From positions 379,259 through 443,258 of the forward strand of contig CAVNZM010000013.1 in the NCBI GenBank assembly GCA_963693365.1: a DNA stretch of 64,000 nt. Reading direction: 5' to 3'. Shown here in pieces: positions 13,021-58,823 of this stretch. The notes under the pieces were generated by a model that searched no databases, was not told the DNA's origin, and was given only the letters and a program-made list of their open reading frames with translations. This stretch comes from Amoebidium appalachense (lineage: Eukaryota > Protista > Ichthyosporea). Both the position numbers and the translations under genes were made by a program. Numbering within the stretch: position 1 is the first letter of the stretch; each line of letters starts with the position of its first letter.

Positions 13021-15090
13021 CGAAAAAAAAATCGAATGGCAAATGAATAGAACAGATCCCCCCTCCCTCCCTCTCCACCTAGTTCTGTCCCGAAGCACAA
13101 ACCGTCTCCTAAGTTTGAGGAGTGGGGTTCGAGGGAGGGGAAGGGGTATGACTGTACAATGACGAAGGGGAAATGAAAAGTGAGAAGGACGATGGTATAG
13201 AGCCCCCCCTCCCCTTCCCCCCCCCCCCCCCCACCACCACCACCACCACCCCGCCCCTCGGGCCTCCGCGGCCCTTTCCCCTCCAGGTGTATCCGGCCCA
13301 TAAGACCACCGTCGTTCTCACTTTTCTTTTCCCCCCCGTTGCTCTCCATTCACTCACCCATACCCCTTCCCCGGCCCTCCCTCCAACCCACCTTCCCATT
13401 TGCATTCGCCTCCTGCTGAATACCAACCCCCCCCCCCCCCCCTGTATTCGCCTCCCTCCCTCCACACAGCCACTGGGTGTCTCTTGCCGCAACCTCCGCC
13501 GCCTGACCGTCGGCATCCACACGAACACAGACTTCAGCCCCCTCTCCACATGTCAACTCTTAACCCACGTCGACATTTCCACATTTTCCCTTAACCCTTA
13601 CGAACCAGCACACGTCATCGACTTCCCGTTTCTTCCCAACCTCGCGCACATTCGCAGCGTTCCTTACTTTACCCACCTAAAAGGGCTCGCAAGATCCTCA
13701 AAGCTCGTTTCCCTGTGCGTAAACGGCGACTTCTCTTCCTCCCCTCTCTTTGCGTCAAGTTCGATCGAAGACGCGGACCTGGGGTTTGTCCTACCTCTCG
13801 GTTCCCCGTCTGAAATAAACGTAAATTTCATCTCCCAGTGCACAAAACTGAAAAAGTTGAAAATCGTAAACGGACTCAACGTGAAACCCTCGTTCTCCTC
13901 CCTCGAACTTCACCACTTCCCACATCTCACCGACCTTTTCCTTTGCGGTTATCGCGTCGGCGACATGTCTCACCTCGCCCACCCATCCGTTTGCCCGCGC
14001 CTTTCCAAACTCTCCATTTTCGCAAATTCTTTCGAAGACCCAACTACCTTACCCGCTCTCCTTTCTAGAAGTAGCCTTCAGAAAGTTTCTGTGATGGGGT
14101 ATACGGGAGTTCCGGATGTGCCGTTGGGCGGTCGTGTGGATGTTGACTTGTGTTTGGTGTCTTCTTGTGGGGTGAAGGCACGAAGTCTCACACTGCAGTC
14201 TATTGTGAATGTTCGCTCCCTTGGCGAGCCGGGAAAAGAAGGTTAGTTAACCCCCCTCCCCCCCCCCCCCCCCCCCCCCCCCCTGCCCCCCCTCTCCCCC
14301 TTCCAACACACACACACACGCGCCCCACCCCCCCCCCTCCGCCCCCTACACACAAGGCACGAAGCCTTACGCTGCAGTGTGTTATGAATGTTTGCTTGCT
14401 TGGCGAGTTGGGAAAATCAGGTTATTGGACAATCCCCCTCCCCCTCCCCTCACTCTCCCCCTCCCCTCCCCCCACCCACCCACCCACCCATATACACACG
14501 CTGAAAAGTGCACACACACACACACACACACACATTGCCCATGCGCATGTACAAATGCACAAATGCACACGTGCGCGCACACACACAATCACAACCACAC
14601 ACCACGCCATCCTGTGCTCTCCCTTCTGCCCCTTCTCTCTCCCCTGCGGCATTGTTCCCCCCCCCCCCCACACACACACACAAACAGACCCACCCACCCA
14701 TATACACACACTGAAAAGTGCGCACAAACACACACACATGCACATGCACATGCGCATGCACAAATGCACAAATGCACGCACACAATCACAAACACACACC
14801 ACACCATCCTGCGCTCTCCCTCCCCTCCCTCCCTCCCCTCCCCCCTGCAGCCATTGGCCCCCCTCCCCCCGCCCCTTCTCCCCCACCCCCCACCCCCCGC
14901 CCCTCCCCTCAATCTCTGTGCCTCCCCAGCACCCCCCTCACGGTGCCTTCTTCGAAGTGTGTGTGCTTGCAAACTGGTGTGGACGTTTGCCGGCACACGT
15001 TCATGTCCCCTGATGTTGCCACCTTCAGCAGCGTTTGATTTGTATTTGCATGTTCAAACCTTTTTTTTTTTTTAATCTATCAACCCTTCC

Positions 15091-15125
<35 letters not shown>

Positions 15126-16359
15126 CCCTGTCTCCCTCTCCCCCGGGGGCCCTCACCCTCCGTTGTGGATGCCCAGAGGTATAATTAATACCATGCATGC
15201 ATGTGCACGGCTTGCACACATATTCATATTATTAATAAAACATAGATACACGTACGTCCAGCACAAATCATATCTCATTACTACACATATTTTCTTCCGT
15301 ATGTATACCTAAACTACATTACTTCTACTATGTTACTGTGTGCAGATACATCTACTGTTTTGCACATATAAGTTATACTATGCATATACATATACGGCTG
15401 GCACATACACACTTACTATACATATACATATCCGTCACATATACATATCCGTCGAATACACATATAGTCTGTATGCAGCGGGACCGAATTCGAAGTGGGT
15501 GGGTGTGGATGGGGGAAGCCCTCTGGAGTTAAAACGGGTCGGGTTGGGGAGAAGAAAACCACAAGGCTCGGGCCGGTTGGGGGGGGGGGGGGGAGGAGGG
15601 GGAGGGAGGGGGGTTCTGTTCACTGTTTGGGTCAGAAGGACAACTATATCGTTGTTTAGTCGCCCTTGCTCCTGCCCTAACGTCCTCCCTTCCCCCCCCC
15701 TTTCTGTCCCCCCCAACCACCACCATCACCATTAAACCGGCACACACGACCTCCCGGAATCACACACTCGCACACACGGCACACAGCGCAGCGCACACAT
15801 GCACACACATACCCACCGGCGCACCGGCACACACTGCCAGGCAACATGCGCACCCGCGCACACCCACATACGCACATACACACACACCTCCCCCTTCCCC
15901 TTCTCCCCCAAACCCTCCCCCCCCCCCCCCCCCCCTCCCCTCCCTTCCACAGGACTCGGTGAGATGCTTGCTCTCCAAATATGCTTCGCCCCCATCCTCG
16001 TCGACATCCGCGCCGTTATCGGATCCCCGTCCCTCACCGCCGTATGTCTTCACAGTTGTTCCCTTCTCTCCGACATATCCCCACTCACACACTGCCCAAA
16101 CCTTCGTTTTCTCGCCATTGCAGGCCTACCCGCGCTTAAAACCATCGAACCTCTACCCGAAGTCCAAAAGTTGACCCATTTGTACCTCGGTAGAAGGAAC
16201 GGGGTGAGAGACTTCGAACCCCTTCTTCGTTGCTCAAAACTGAAGGTGTGTAAAGCGTCACGTGATGGGTTGACGGAAAAGGAAAAGGGGGAACTGGGGG
16301 AAGCAATGGTGCTGATGCGTGAGTTCTGGGGGGTGCAGGCAAGTTTGTGGCTCGAGTGA
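10953..16359 (+). CDS. F-box and leucine-rich-repeat protein
   Basis: Exon 1 from 10953 to ~11141 carries the F-box LDMLTDDELRRIFSYLTLKDRVNLSLVSRRF. Exons 12414-12863, 13470-14241 and 15953-16359 carry LRRs (e.g. CRNLRRLTV, CTKLKKLKI, LTHCPNLRFLAI, LLRCSKLKV). The exon 1 end and any extra small exons are uncertain. Confidence 0.85.
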
Positions 16360-16859
16360 TATCGAGCATCGTCACGGTATGTTGACGTGGGGAAGGGGGG
16401 GGGGGGGGGGGGGGGGGGGGGAGGAGGATTGGGTGGGGGGGGGGGTGGCTGGGGGAAGGGGGGGGGGGAGGGGGGGGGGGGGGGGGAGGAGGGGGGGAAC
16501 CGAGCAAATGTAATGTGGGGTGTGGGCGAAGGTCGTAAGCAAAGAATGAAGGATGTGGTTTGAAATTGAATATGTTTTCGGGTAAGGCTTCGGTGTTGTT
16601 CATCAAGTGTCTGGTGCGTGTGGTGTGAGTACGCATGCAGAGATTGCCGGCACACAGATACACACGCACAGCAAACACACACACCACACGCGCGCGCGCG
16701 CGCGCGCACACACACACACACTACCAGGTTTGTCGACTCCCACACTGGCACACACCCTTTTTCTCGTTTTACACATATTCCCTGCATCAGGTTTCTTTAT
16801 GGTGTGGTTAAAGTGGCCCTCTGTTGAATTCACAGATATCCTTTTATGGCTGGCCGCCG

Positions 16860-16890
<31 letters not shown>

Positions 16891-17440
16891 ACGGGGGGGG
16901 CTGGGTGGGTGGGTGGGGTGGGGGTGGGGTTTTTTGGTGAATTTACAAATGAATGTCCTATGTTAGAGATTATGAATGGATTGCGGTAGGGCCATACCAA
17001 CATGAAACAAAAATATTGTACGTGTAGATTTGGGACGTGTACCGTTGCCGTTGCCGTGCAACGTTAATTAACTTGGAACCCCTTGTAAACCCAAAAGCAA
17101 AAAGAAGTGGCTAACATTTGTGCTATATGTGATCATGAACGTGTGTGCATACACGAGACAACACGGCGCACATACCCACACAAATGCACAATGCACACAC
17201 ATGGATACAAACACTTACTATAACATACACAAAAGAACTCGTCGTGCGGTGTGTGGTTTTATTCATGTAAGGACATACAATAACATGCCAACAGTGTTAA
17301 AGTCATGAGTGAAAAAATGTTACGCCCTTGCACCATGGCCAGCCATGAATACGTTGGGTTAGCCAAACGGAACACAGCATGTGTGTGTGTATACGGCATT
17401 CAGATAAACCTCGTGCATATAATTAGTTACTTGCTCTTAC

Positions 17441-17484
17441 CAAGGCCTCCTATATACCAACCAGTTGGAATATAGAGGGCCTTG
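17441..17484. repeat. 44-bp palindromic mini-element, CAAGGCC...GGCCTTG family
   Basis: CAAGGCCTCCTATA-TACCAACCAGTTGGAA-TATAGAGGGCCTTG; the same arms occur at 27685-27723. Confidence 0.6.
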
Positions 17485-18170
17485 CTTTCTTCCCAATCAT
17501 ACACAAACTTTGGGCCACATACATACATGTCAATGCAGTTTCACATGAACATATATATATATATCCATGCACATAAACACAAACCATACACAAATATACA
17601 CAAAGTTCGAGAGAGAAATGACGCGACACGTAAATCCAACACTTGTTCTTCTTTAGCCCTAAGAAGGGGTCCCAAAATCCGCTGCCGCAATTCAAAAATA
17701 ATAAAATTTAAAAAACAGCATGATAAAACTTGCATAAAAAGCATTACAGTATGTCCTACCACTACACAGACGTTACATAGGTGCTTTCCCTTCAAACCAC
17801 CCTTTCACCGCAGCAGCCAGTCATGCCTCTGCTTCTTGCTCTAAAAACTTAAAACGAAATTCCGTTAATTTTTGCACAAATTTCAAACCCTGGCGGCTAA
17901 ATCACCCTTTGCCACATCCACGGAGCTCTATTTTTCTTTAAAGTCTCCCTCAGAGACCGGGCTGCCGACTAAGTGACTTCCGCACAACTACTTGCTCAGA
18001 TTTCCATTTTCCCATTCTCGAATATTCTCCCGAAATCCTTTCACATCACCAGGTAAAAGCATATTCTGCACACACACCGTCCCATATCTCACCCCTCCGG
18101 TTTCCACAATTCGAAATTCCCATCCACTTACACCGGATTCCCATTTGTTCTCCCCGAATATCACTCCTAT

Positions 18171-18214
<44 letters not shown>

Positions 18215-18291
18215 ACACACACACACCCAATCAAAAGTTCCGTAAATTCGGTAAACTTCCGTCAAATTCCCGTTTTTTTCTTCCCCAGGAA

Positions 18292-26138
<7,847 letters not shown>

Positions 26139-26581
26139 GTTTCCTACCTCTACTCGGCACCTCGTGCCTTAACAAATCGAACAGGATTATAGAGGAAGAA
26201 AGAAGGAAGCCTACTGATTGCTCCTGTCCGTTGGTGAGAGGAACTAACGCGTACACTCTGCTTTCCTTAATGATTGCACAGAGCACATGTAGCTCTGCAG
26301 CAGCTGTTAAGTATTGCGCGAGCCCAGGAACTGAGTATCCCGGGATGAATGCGTGAGAAGTCGATGTTAATAATGTGACAGAGGCGACAGACGAGTGGAA
26401 GTTGCTCTTAGCCCAAATTAGTCAGACAAACTAAGAGAAAGAGAGTGAGAGAAAGGACTTTAGTGCGCCTTTATACGCCCACAGCTTTGCGCTGATAAAC
26501 GGAGAACAGGTGAAAACGAAAAGAACACACACACCCGGTCACAGCATGAAAACTGATGGCGTCATTCTGCAAACTTCTAAC

Positions 26582-26626
26582 CACGTTCCATTGGTCAAAA
26601 CCGTCTTCGGACGAAAGCCAATCAAA
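26582..26626. promoter_or_regulatory. Paired inverted CCAAT-box module upstream of ZnT
   Basis: cacgttccATTGGtcaaaa...gCCAATcaaa; the same module occurs at 56809-56853. Confidence 0.5.
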
Positions 26627-27684
26627 TCATCCGCAGGTCATAAAGCAGTCGTCTCCCTAGATCCAAGAGCCACCAATACATTTTCAAAAATGGATAATCA
26701 TTGAGTCAGTAATTTAGCTGGGCTGCTGTCGGTACTGTAGGTTTTTGGATAAGGTAGTTGTTTCATGGGAAATATATTTAGAGTGAATATGTGGGTCCAC
26801 TAACACTATATGTTTTTAGTTCTGCCTCACTCTGTAAGCCTGCAGATATCAATCGCGTGTGGCACGCCGCGTAGGGTCACGGTTGGATAGGAGGCCCTTG
26901 AAAACAATTTTTTTTAACGATCGGATTAGCTTATTTTAGTTATAATGAAAAATATAAGGCTAAATATCACGCAACGAAATTCGTGGAATGCGCTGGGCAC
27001 CAAGAGTTACGTAACCCCGAACCTGAGTCACCGTTCAGTGCCCCGAGCAGCGCGTAGGCGGCGTACGCATCAAGTTCTCGGTGGAGGATTCCCGTCCACT
27101 GCAAGCTACGAAAGGGTAGCCCTACGTGATCATGAGTCGATTTCTTCTCCCTTTGTCCAGGTGTCAGGGTGTCTACCGGAAGGCCCTGTGCTCTTTTCTC
27201 ATATGCAGTTGACTGTTTTAGGGTGCAAAGACAGCATTCTGCGTCTGTGGACGTCTATATATGAAATGTTCAAGTTGTCTTAGACTACAGTGTTGTCAAC
27301 TTGTCGCACCTTTCCATTGGCTACGCAGGCATCACGCGCACCGTCGGAGGATTCAAAACATTATGGGGTGCTCTCCACTCCCCACCGCTCGGATCCGTTG
27401 CCCCTCCCCCGCCTTTCCCACCCCGCCCTCCTCTCCCACACCAGCCACCCCCCCTCCCCCTTCCCCCCCCTTCCCCCCACACATGTACACACACGTGTAC
27501 ACCCCCCTCCCCCGCCTTGCCCCCATCCACCCTGCAGCTTCATCCTTGCCCGTCCCCTTCCCCCTCCCCCCTCCCCCTCCCCCCTCCCCTGCCTCCCCCT
27601 ACCCCCCTCCCCCCACGGGCACGCCCTCCCCCCTCCCCCCCACCCCACCCAACCCACCCACCCACCCCCTCTGGCCATCTCTCC

Positions 27685-27723
27685 CAAGGCCTCCTAAGTA
27701 GCACTCCTATTTAGGAGGCCTTG
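27685..27723. repeat. 39-bp palindromic mini-element, CAAGGCC...GGCCTTG family
   Basis: CAAGGCCTCCTAAGTAG-CACTC-CTATTTAGGAGGCCTTG: a 17-bp stem with one G.T pair. Confidence 0.65.
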
Positions 27724-28895
27724 ATATTAATATCTGCGTGAATCACCAAGCTGACGCTGTGATGATATACGGTGCGTGGGTGTACGGAAATGGTGGTGTT
27801 TTTCTCGAACTCCTGTGCCATCTATGTTCGAAATTCTATTCGTAGGTGCACGTGGCGCATGTACATGTGCAGCCTGGACGCGTGACCCACCCACGCCATC
27901 ACGCCCGTACAAATGCCTATATCGATATCCGATCTCAGGTCTGCTATTTAGATACTGGAGGCTGTTGTGTGGCAGTGAAACCGAAACCGGCCCACAGTAT
28001 TTATTATGTTTCTTGTGTCGTAATTTAAAATACACATATCCTTATGAGAGCCTGCGAGCTCAGTTGTCGGGACATTACATATGAATATTGCTTCAAGTTT
28101 GCTTGACATGTTTTTGTTCTTGTCATGTCAATCGTCCCCAAAGTCTGCCCCGGGCCCTCGTGTACCTCCAACACAGTGGGGGCAAATAATCTTTGGGGAA
28201 TGGAGAGGGAGGGGACCGAGCCTACACTACCTAGGGAGGGGACCGAGCCTACACTGCCTATAGCTAGTCTAGTACCGCGCCAGCATCGACTTCTTACATT
28301 TCTGACACAGATAGGCAAAAATTGGAGGCCAAATGCTAGTAGCCTACTCATTAAACCAGTGTAACAGCTTTTCGTTGCCAAGGCCTTCGATTTTGCCTCT
28401 ACCTTGCCCTGCTTCGAAATCTGAACGTTCACCCTGAACATCATTATGCTGAAAAGCATAGGTAGAAAAGTACTGAGTTTATCCGCACAGTGAAATTTAA
28501 AAATTCATAAACAAAAAGGTGGATCTGTCTAATGGTAGATGCAAGTAGCGGCAGGCAACTGGCACACTGTGTTCCATAAAACGTCTCAAAACCAACCGGC
28601 AACAATCAAATCTCTTTAGGCTCGGACCCACACTTACACACATGAACACAGTGAGTCAGACACACACACACACATCCCTTATCCACCCCCACCACTCCTG
28701 AGCTGCGCAGGATTCCCCTTGGACAAACTGGCTGAATCGAGGGCCTGAATTTTTCTTCTTGCATGTGTTCTCTCTGCTAGGTCAACACGCACAAAAAAAA
28801 GCCTGACAAAAAGAAACTCCGAAAACAACTTTACAGAAATCATCAGTCTCTAAATACAAAGCTGGGCCTGTGTGCCGCACACACCCGTTGTCAAA

Positions 28896-39781
<10,886 letters not shown>

Positions 39782-40413
39782 GTGCATTTACTTACCTGTA
39801 CAGAAATGTGTGTGCACGTGTGTGCGTGTAGATGGGGGTTAAGGGGGGAAGAAGGGGTTAAGTTTTTGCTTGGGGTTGAGGCTATTTTACTTTTATTTTC
39901 ATTATCATTATATTTTTTTTGAGGGGCGGGGAGGGGGCGGGGGTGGGGGAGAAGGGAGGTGCCTCATGCATTTGGTTTGGGTTTAAAGGGGCATAATTTT
40001 TGTAGTTCCACGAACTTGAGTGCGCTTTCGGTTTAGTTGCAGGGGCAGCGACCGGGAGAAGGGGGGGGAGGGGGGGGAGGGGGGTAAGGGGGCATGATCT
40101 TCATGATAATCTGGTTGCGCATTATCTCAGTATTTACACTGAGTACCTTTGTGACATTGTGATTGGTTCCCCGCCATTCAATTTGCGAATTTTCCTTTCC
40201 TTTAGTTACCCCTTTTAATGATTGGTTTGTATGTTTGGTGTCGGATGCTGGACATCCTAGGGGGGGCAAAACTTCATAAGTTCATGGTAATAAAAAAGTA
40301 ACGCTATCACCGATATTGGGCGTTCTTTCTGCGGCGAGTCCCCCCCCCCCCCCCTGCATTTTTTTTCCCGAAAGCCCACGGGAAGGAGAGAGAGTGTGTG
40401 TGTGCACGTGTGT

Positions 40414-40444
<31 letters not shown>

Positions 40445-40870
40445 GGGGGGGGGAGGGGGCTTGGTTGGTTAGATATCACTGATCATAAAGGAAACACAGT
40501 GCAACTGCGCTAGACGTATCTGAAAAAAAGTGGGGGCTTTGAACCAGCATTATCCGGGTGTTTTAAATAATTATTTATATACTATAATAGGTATATTTTA
40601 AATAACTCCCGACGACTGTGCTTGTACTACATATTGTTCACAACGGTGTAGGTACATGCTATAGTGTTTTGACTTGTAAAAGAGTCTATAAAGTTTTAGT
40701 ATTCAACTGCATTATATGGTCGGTTACTTGCCTGAGTCCCTCCCCCCCCCCCCCTCCCCTCCCCCATACAGTCGGTTACTTTGCCTGACCCCCCCCCCCC
40801 CCCCCCCCCCCCCCCGCCCCCGCCCGCCTGCCCTGGGATGCAAGGATGGCTGAGCATTCTCTAAGTTTCC

Positions 40871-41116
40871 TTAACCTCTTCGGGGCGGCTTTAATTGATT
40901 TGGCCGGCAGCCGGCCAGCTCTAAACAACCCTATTTCGGCTCAAAATCGATAGGAAGAGCTCGGATAAATTGTAAATATCGACACGCACATGTCATCCCT
41001 ACATACGTTTTCAAAGTTGGTTTGGGGGAAAATATCATTATTTCGTATACTTTTGTATAAGTTTCTGTGTTTCTGAAGTGACTATCGAGGGAAATTTGCC
41101 GGTATGAACATGTTGA
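40871..41116 (+). mobile_element. ~240-bp non-autonomous element with TTAA flanks (piggyBac-like MITE), copy 1
   Basis: Starts TTAA|CCTCTT and ends ...CCGGTATGAACATG|TTGA. It is a colinear reverse-complement match to 46728-46981. Confidence 0.75.
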
Positions 41117-41474
41117 TTATCATCGTGTCTGGAAAGTATTTTATTCCTTTTGTAACACACGTGTGTCAATAGCACATAAACATGTTTTGGTGGCCGCCAC
41201 CTCTCAGACTTCATTCTTACAGATTATATTAATAGATTTCGATTTCTCGTTTCATTTTCATCGCATTCAGGTCACTATCTTACACGGATGGGTTGGGTTA
41301 TAGCATAGCAAGCCCTTTCATTTGTTAACATTCTTTTTTTTTTACCAAGGAAAAAGCCTATATTCATATCGTAAATAAAACGTAACCTAGCTTATCAACG
41401 ACAGTAGCCCCCCTCCTAATCCCCCCCCCCCCCCCTCCCCCCTCTCCCCCTTCTCCCCCCCACCTCTTCCCGCA

Positions 41475-41599
<125 letters not shown>

Positions 41600-41768
41600 A
41601 CAAACACACACTAGAAAAAATCTATCACAAAGATAGAGAATGGCCAAATAGAGGACCATATGACGATAGGTGTATGTTGAGTTCTTTCAGGCGATCGGTA
41701 GTGTAAAACATGAAAAGGTTTTTACACCCTAAAGGGTTCAAATTGTTATGCCAGTAACCATGTGTCCT

Positions 41769-41806
<38 letters not shown>

Positions 41807-41915
41807 CTCCCCGGCCCCACCCCTTCCCCTCCTGCCGCCCTGCAACGTGGAGAGGCCACCTTTTCGTTTGAAAAAATCAGAAAAAATAAAAAGGTTCAAA
41901 GAAAAAACATTAGGC

Positions 41916-56511
<14,596 letters not shown>

Positions 56512-56808
56512 CCTAGAAAAACGCGAAGAGGCGGCTTAGGTGTACGTTGAGTGTAGGTGATTTTGTGTGTGTTGGTGGCGTGTGAAGGATGGTTGATTGA
56601 GGGTGCGGACGGGGAAACGGGCTGTGTTAGTGCTACGGTGATTGCACTCTCTAAGATTGCTTGTTGTGCTTCGCTTTTCTCAACGTAACTTGTCGGGCTC
56701 TCCCCCCTTTTGAAACTTCTTCAACTTTGAAGTTGTTTTTTGCTGTTGTTGTCCGCCGCCTCTCCGCAGCTCCGCTCCTGAGTCCCGACTCCCGAGAATC
56801 CGAGGTTG

Positions 56809-56894
56809 CACGTGATTGGTCAAAAACGCATGATGCGCGGTAGACCAATCAAACGCAGTTACGCATTTCGCTGTTGATAAGGACTACCAATCAG
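56809..56894. promoter_or_regulatory. CCAAT-box cluster in divergent promoter region
   Basis: ATTGG 56815-56819, CCAAT 56845-56849 and CCAAT 56887-56891; the module is shared with 26582-26626. Confidence 0.5.
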
Positions 56895-58067
56895 CGTTAC
56901 GAATACACTTTTATTTGCACCATATATGGCTAGGAAGATCTAACTGTTGGCCACCTTGAAAAAGTCCTAGAGGGTTTTTGACTTGATGCCCCATAAGCGT
57001 TAGAACAGGAAAAAACTCTACCCTAACAAAATATTTTGAAAGCTCGCCTACTACATATAGCATGAAAGGCCTAATGTTATTGTTTCCTTGTAGGCCATAG
57101 AACATGGACATGGGGATGACGATACACGTCCACCGTGCATGAAGCCGGTGGCATGAAGGCGACGTCGACAGATATGTGACATGGTATCGAGCACAGTCAA
57201 GTCGGTTTCAAGGTCTTTTCCCATGGAGCTTTACACTCATGACATGATAAGTCTTGCACAGGCAAACAGCGTGCTGGTGTTGCATATGGCCCCAATCGGA
57301 CCAATAGGGCTTCGTTGTTAGAAAGCCTGGGCCACCTCACGTGCACGACGACCGCAAAAAAACATGTGGCTATGTCGACATGTTTTTCTCGCTGCGTATC
57401 ACAGTATGTATCACGTGTCGACATGTTAGAGCGAAGCAACGGATTTATTAGCCTTCTGTACGTGTGGGGTATAAAAGGCACCACTTGCTGCCTTTCAGGT
57501 CAGAATCTTACTGCTGTAGGATGGTTCAGTTAACTTCTTCAAAGTTGAATGAAAACAGCAAACAAGAACTAATCTAAGTGAATGAGTTAGTTATTAAGCC
57601 AAGCAGAATTATTCTACTTGAATTTTCTATTTTATGGTGGTGGTTACCAAAAGCTTCTAGCCTGATAGGCATGATATTTCCTTCTGTTCGTAGAGAGGAC
57701 TCTTGAATCCAGCTTTTATGCAGCGCACACTAGCAGTTTCCTTCAGTCACTAAGTGAGAGTTGGGCTCCTCTTTCCAGAAATTCCCACGTTAGTTTAGTA
57801 GTGAGAACGTTTTCATTTGAAAACACACGCACCCGTTTTAAATCTACCTTTGCTTGTCACATCTGTTCACTCGTCATAAATTGCATCCACAAGCCTCACC
57901 ACGAAAGCTACACAAAAACTGTGCAAGCACCACACAGTATTCTATCAGCTGCTACTCTCACCTCTCACACCGCTTTGGCTTAAGGATAAACAGGATTTAG
58001 CTCCTTCTCTGGTCTCAGCTGCGCCTACAGACGTACTTCTTTTTGCTGGGTCGGAAACATTACCTTC

Positions 58068-58823
58068 ATGTTCACTCGTCACCGTAAAGACACGCAAATG
58101 GCATATCGCGGTTTATGGGCTGAACGATTCAACCCCCGGAGCACCACAATCAAAGAAAAGTGTGCAACTGACGTGCCATACAAACACCCTCGTGATCTTA
58201 CGGTTAACGTTGAGGTTGTTGACTCGTTTATTCTCCCAAACAGTACAAGTGACGCGCAGTGGAAGGAGGTCAGAGTGAAATTCGCAGGAAACGGAGAAAC
58301 GAACAAGACACGGGAGGAAAGGCTCAGGATTTCACAGCGTCTTGGGGAAGCCATCATAGCTGGAGTGGTCGATTCATACACCTTCATGCTCAAATACAAG
58401 TCCTCCATGATTAACGTGATCGTCGTTCCACTCAAAGCAGAAAAGCCGTTCGAGGAGTGTATTGAGTTTGACACCGCCACTGATGACCCCACCTACGTAA
58501 CGAGCCTAAAGGTGCACGTTCCAGAATTCCATCGCTTTGTCTCGTACAAAATGTGGGAAAAGAAGTGCTGGGAGTCAGAGCTCCGTAAACACGCTATTAT
58601 GATAATGGATGAGGTGAGCGAGAAATATTGCCCAGGCTTGGGTCTTGCCTTCCTGCTGAACAAGTATCTCATTCACCAGAAACGCAACCCAGGTTGCTAC
58701 GTTCCAGAAACACCAGCCACAAGTTTTCACACCTTTCTCGCCAACATCAGTTCATTGTTTTCGGGCTCTGAGTCAGATTCCAGCGGCGAAACATTATGTG
58801 AAAACGATGGGTTTGAGGTGTAG
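58068..58823 (+). CDS. Hypothetical protein, 251 aa, single uninterrupted ORF
   Basis: High-complexity 756-nt ORF with protein-like composition in repeat-free DNA. No family recognised; it may be the last exon of a longer gene. Confidence 0.7.
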   Translation: MFTRHRKDTQMAYRGLWAERFNPRSTTIKEKCATDVPYKHPRDLTVNVEVVDSFILPNSTSDAQWKEVRVKFAGNGETNKTREERLRISQRLGEAIIAGVVDSYTFMLKYKSSMINVIVVPLKAEKPFEECIEFDTATDDPTYVTSLKVHVPEFHRFVSYKMWEKKCWESELRKHAIMIMDEVSEKYCPGLGLAFLLNKYLIHQKRNPGCYVPETPATSFHTFLANISSLFSGSESDSSGETLCENDGFEV

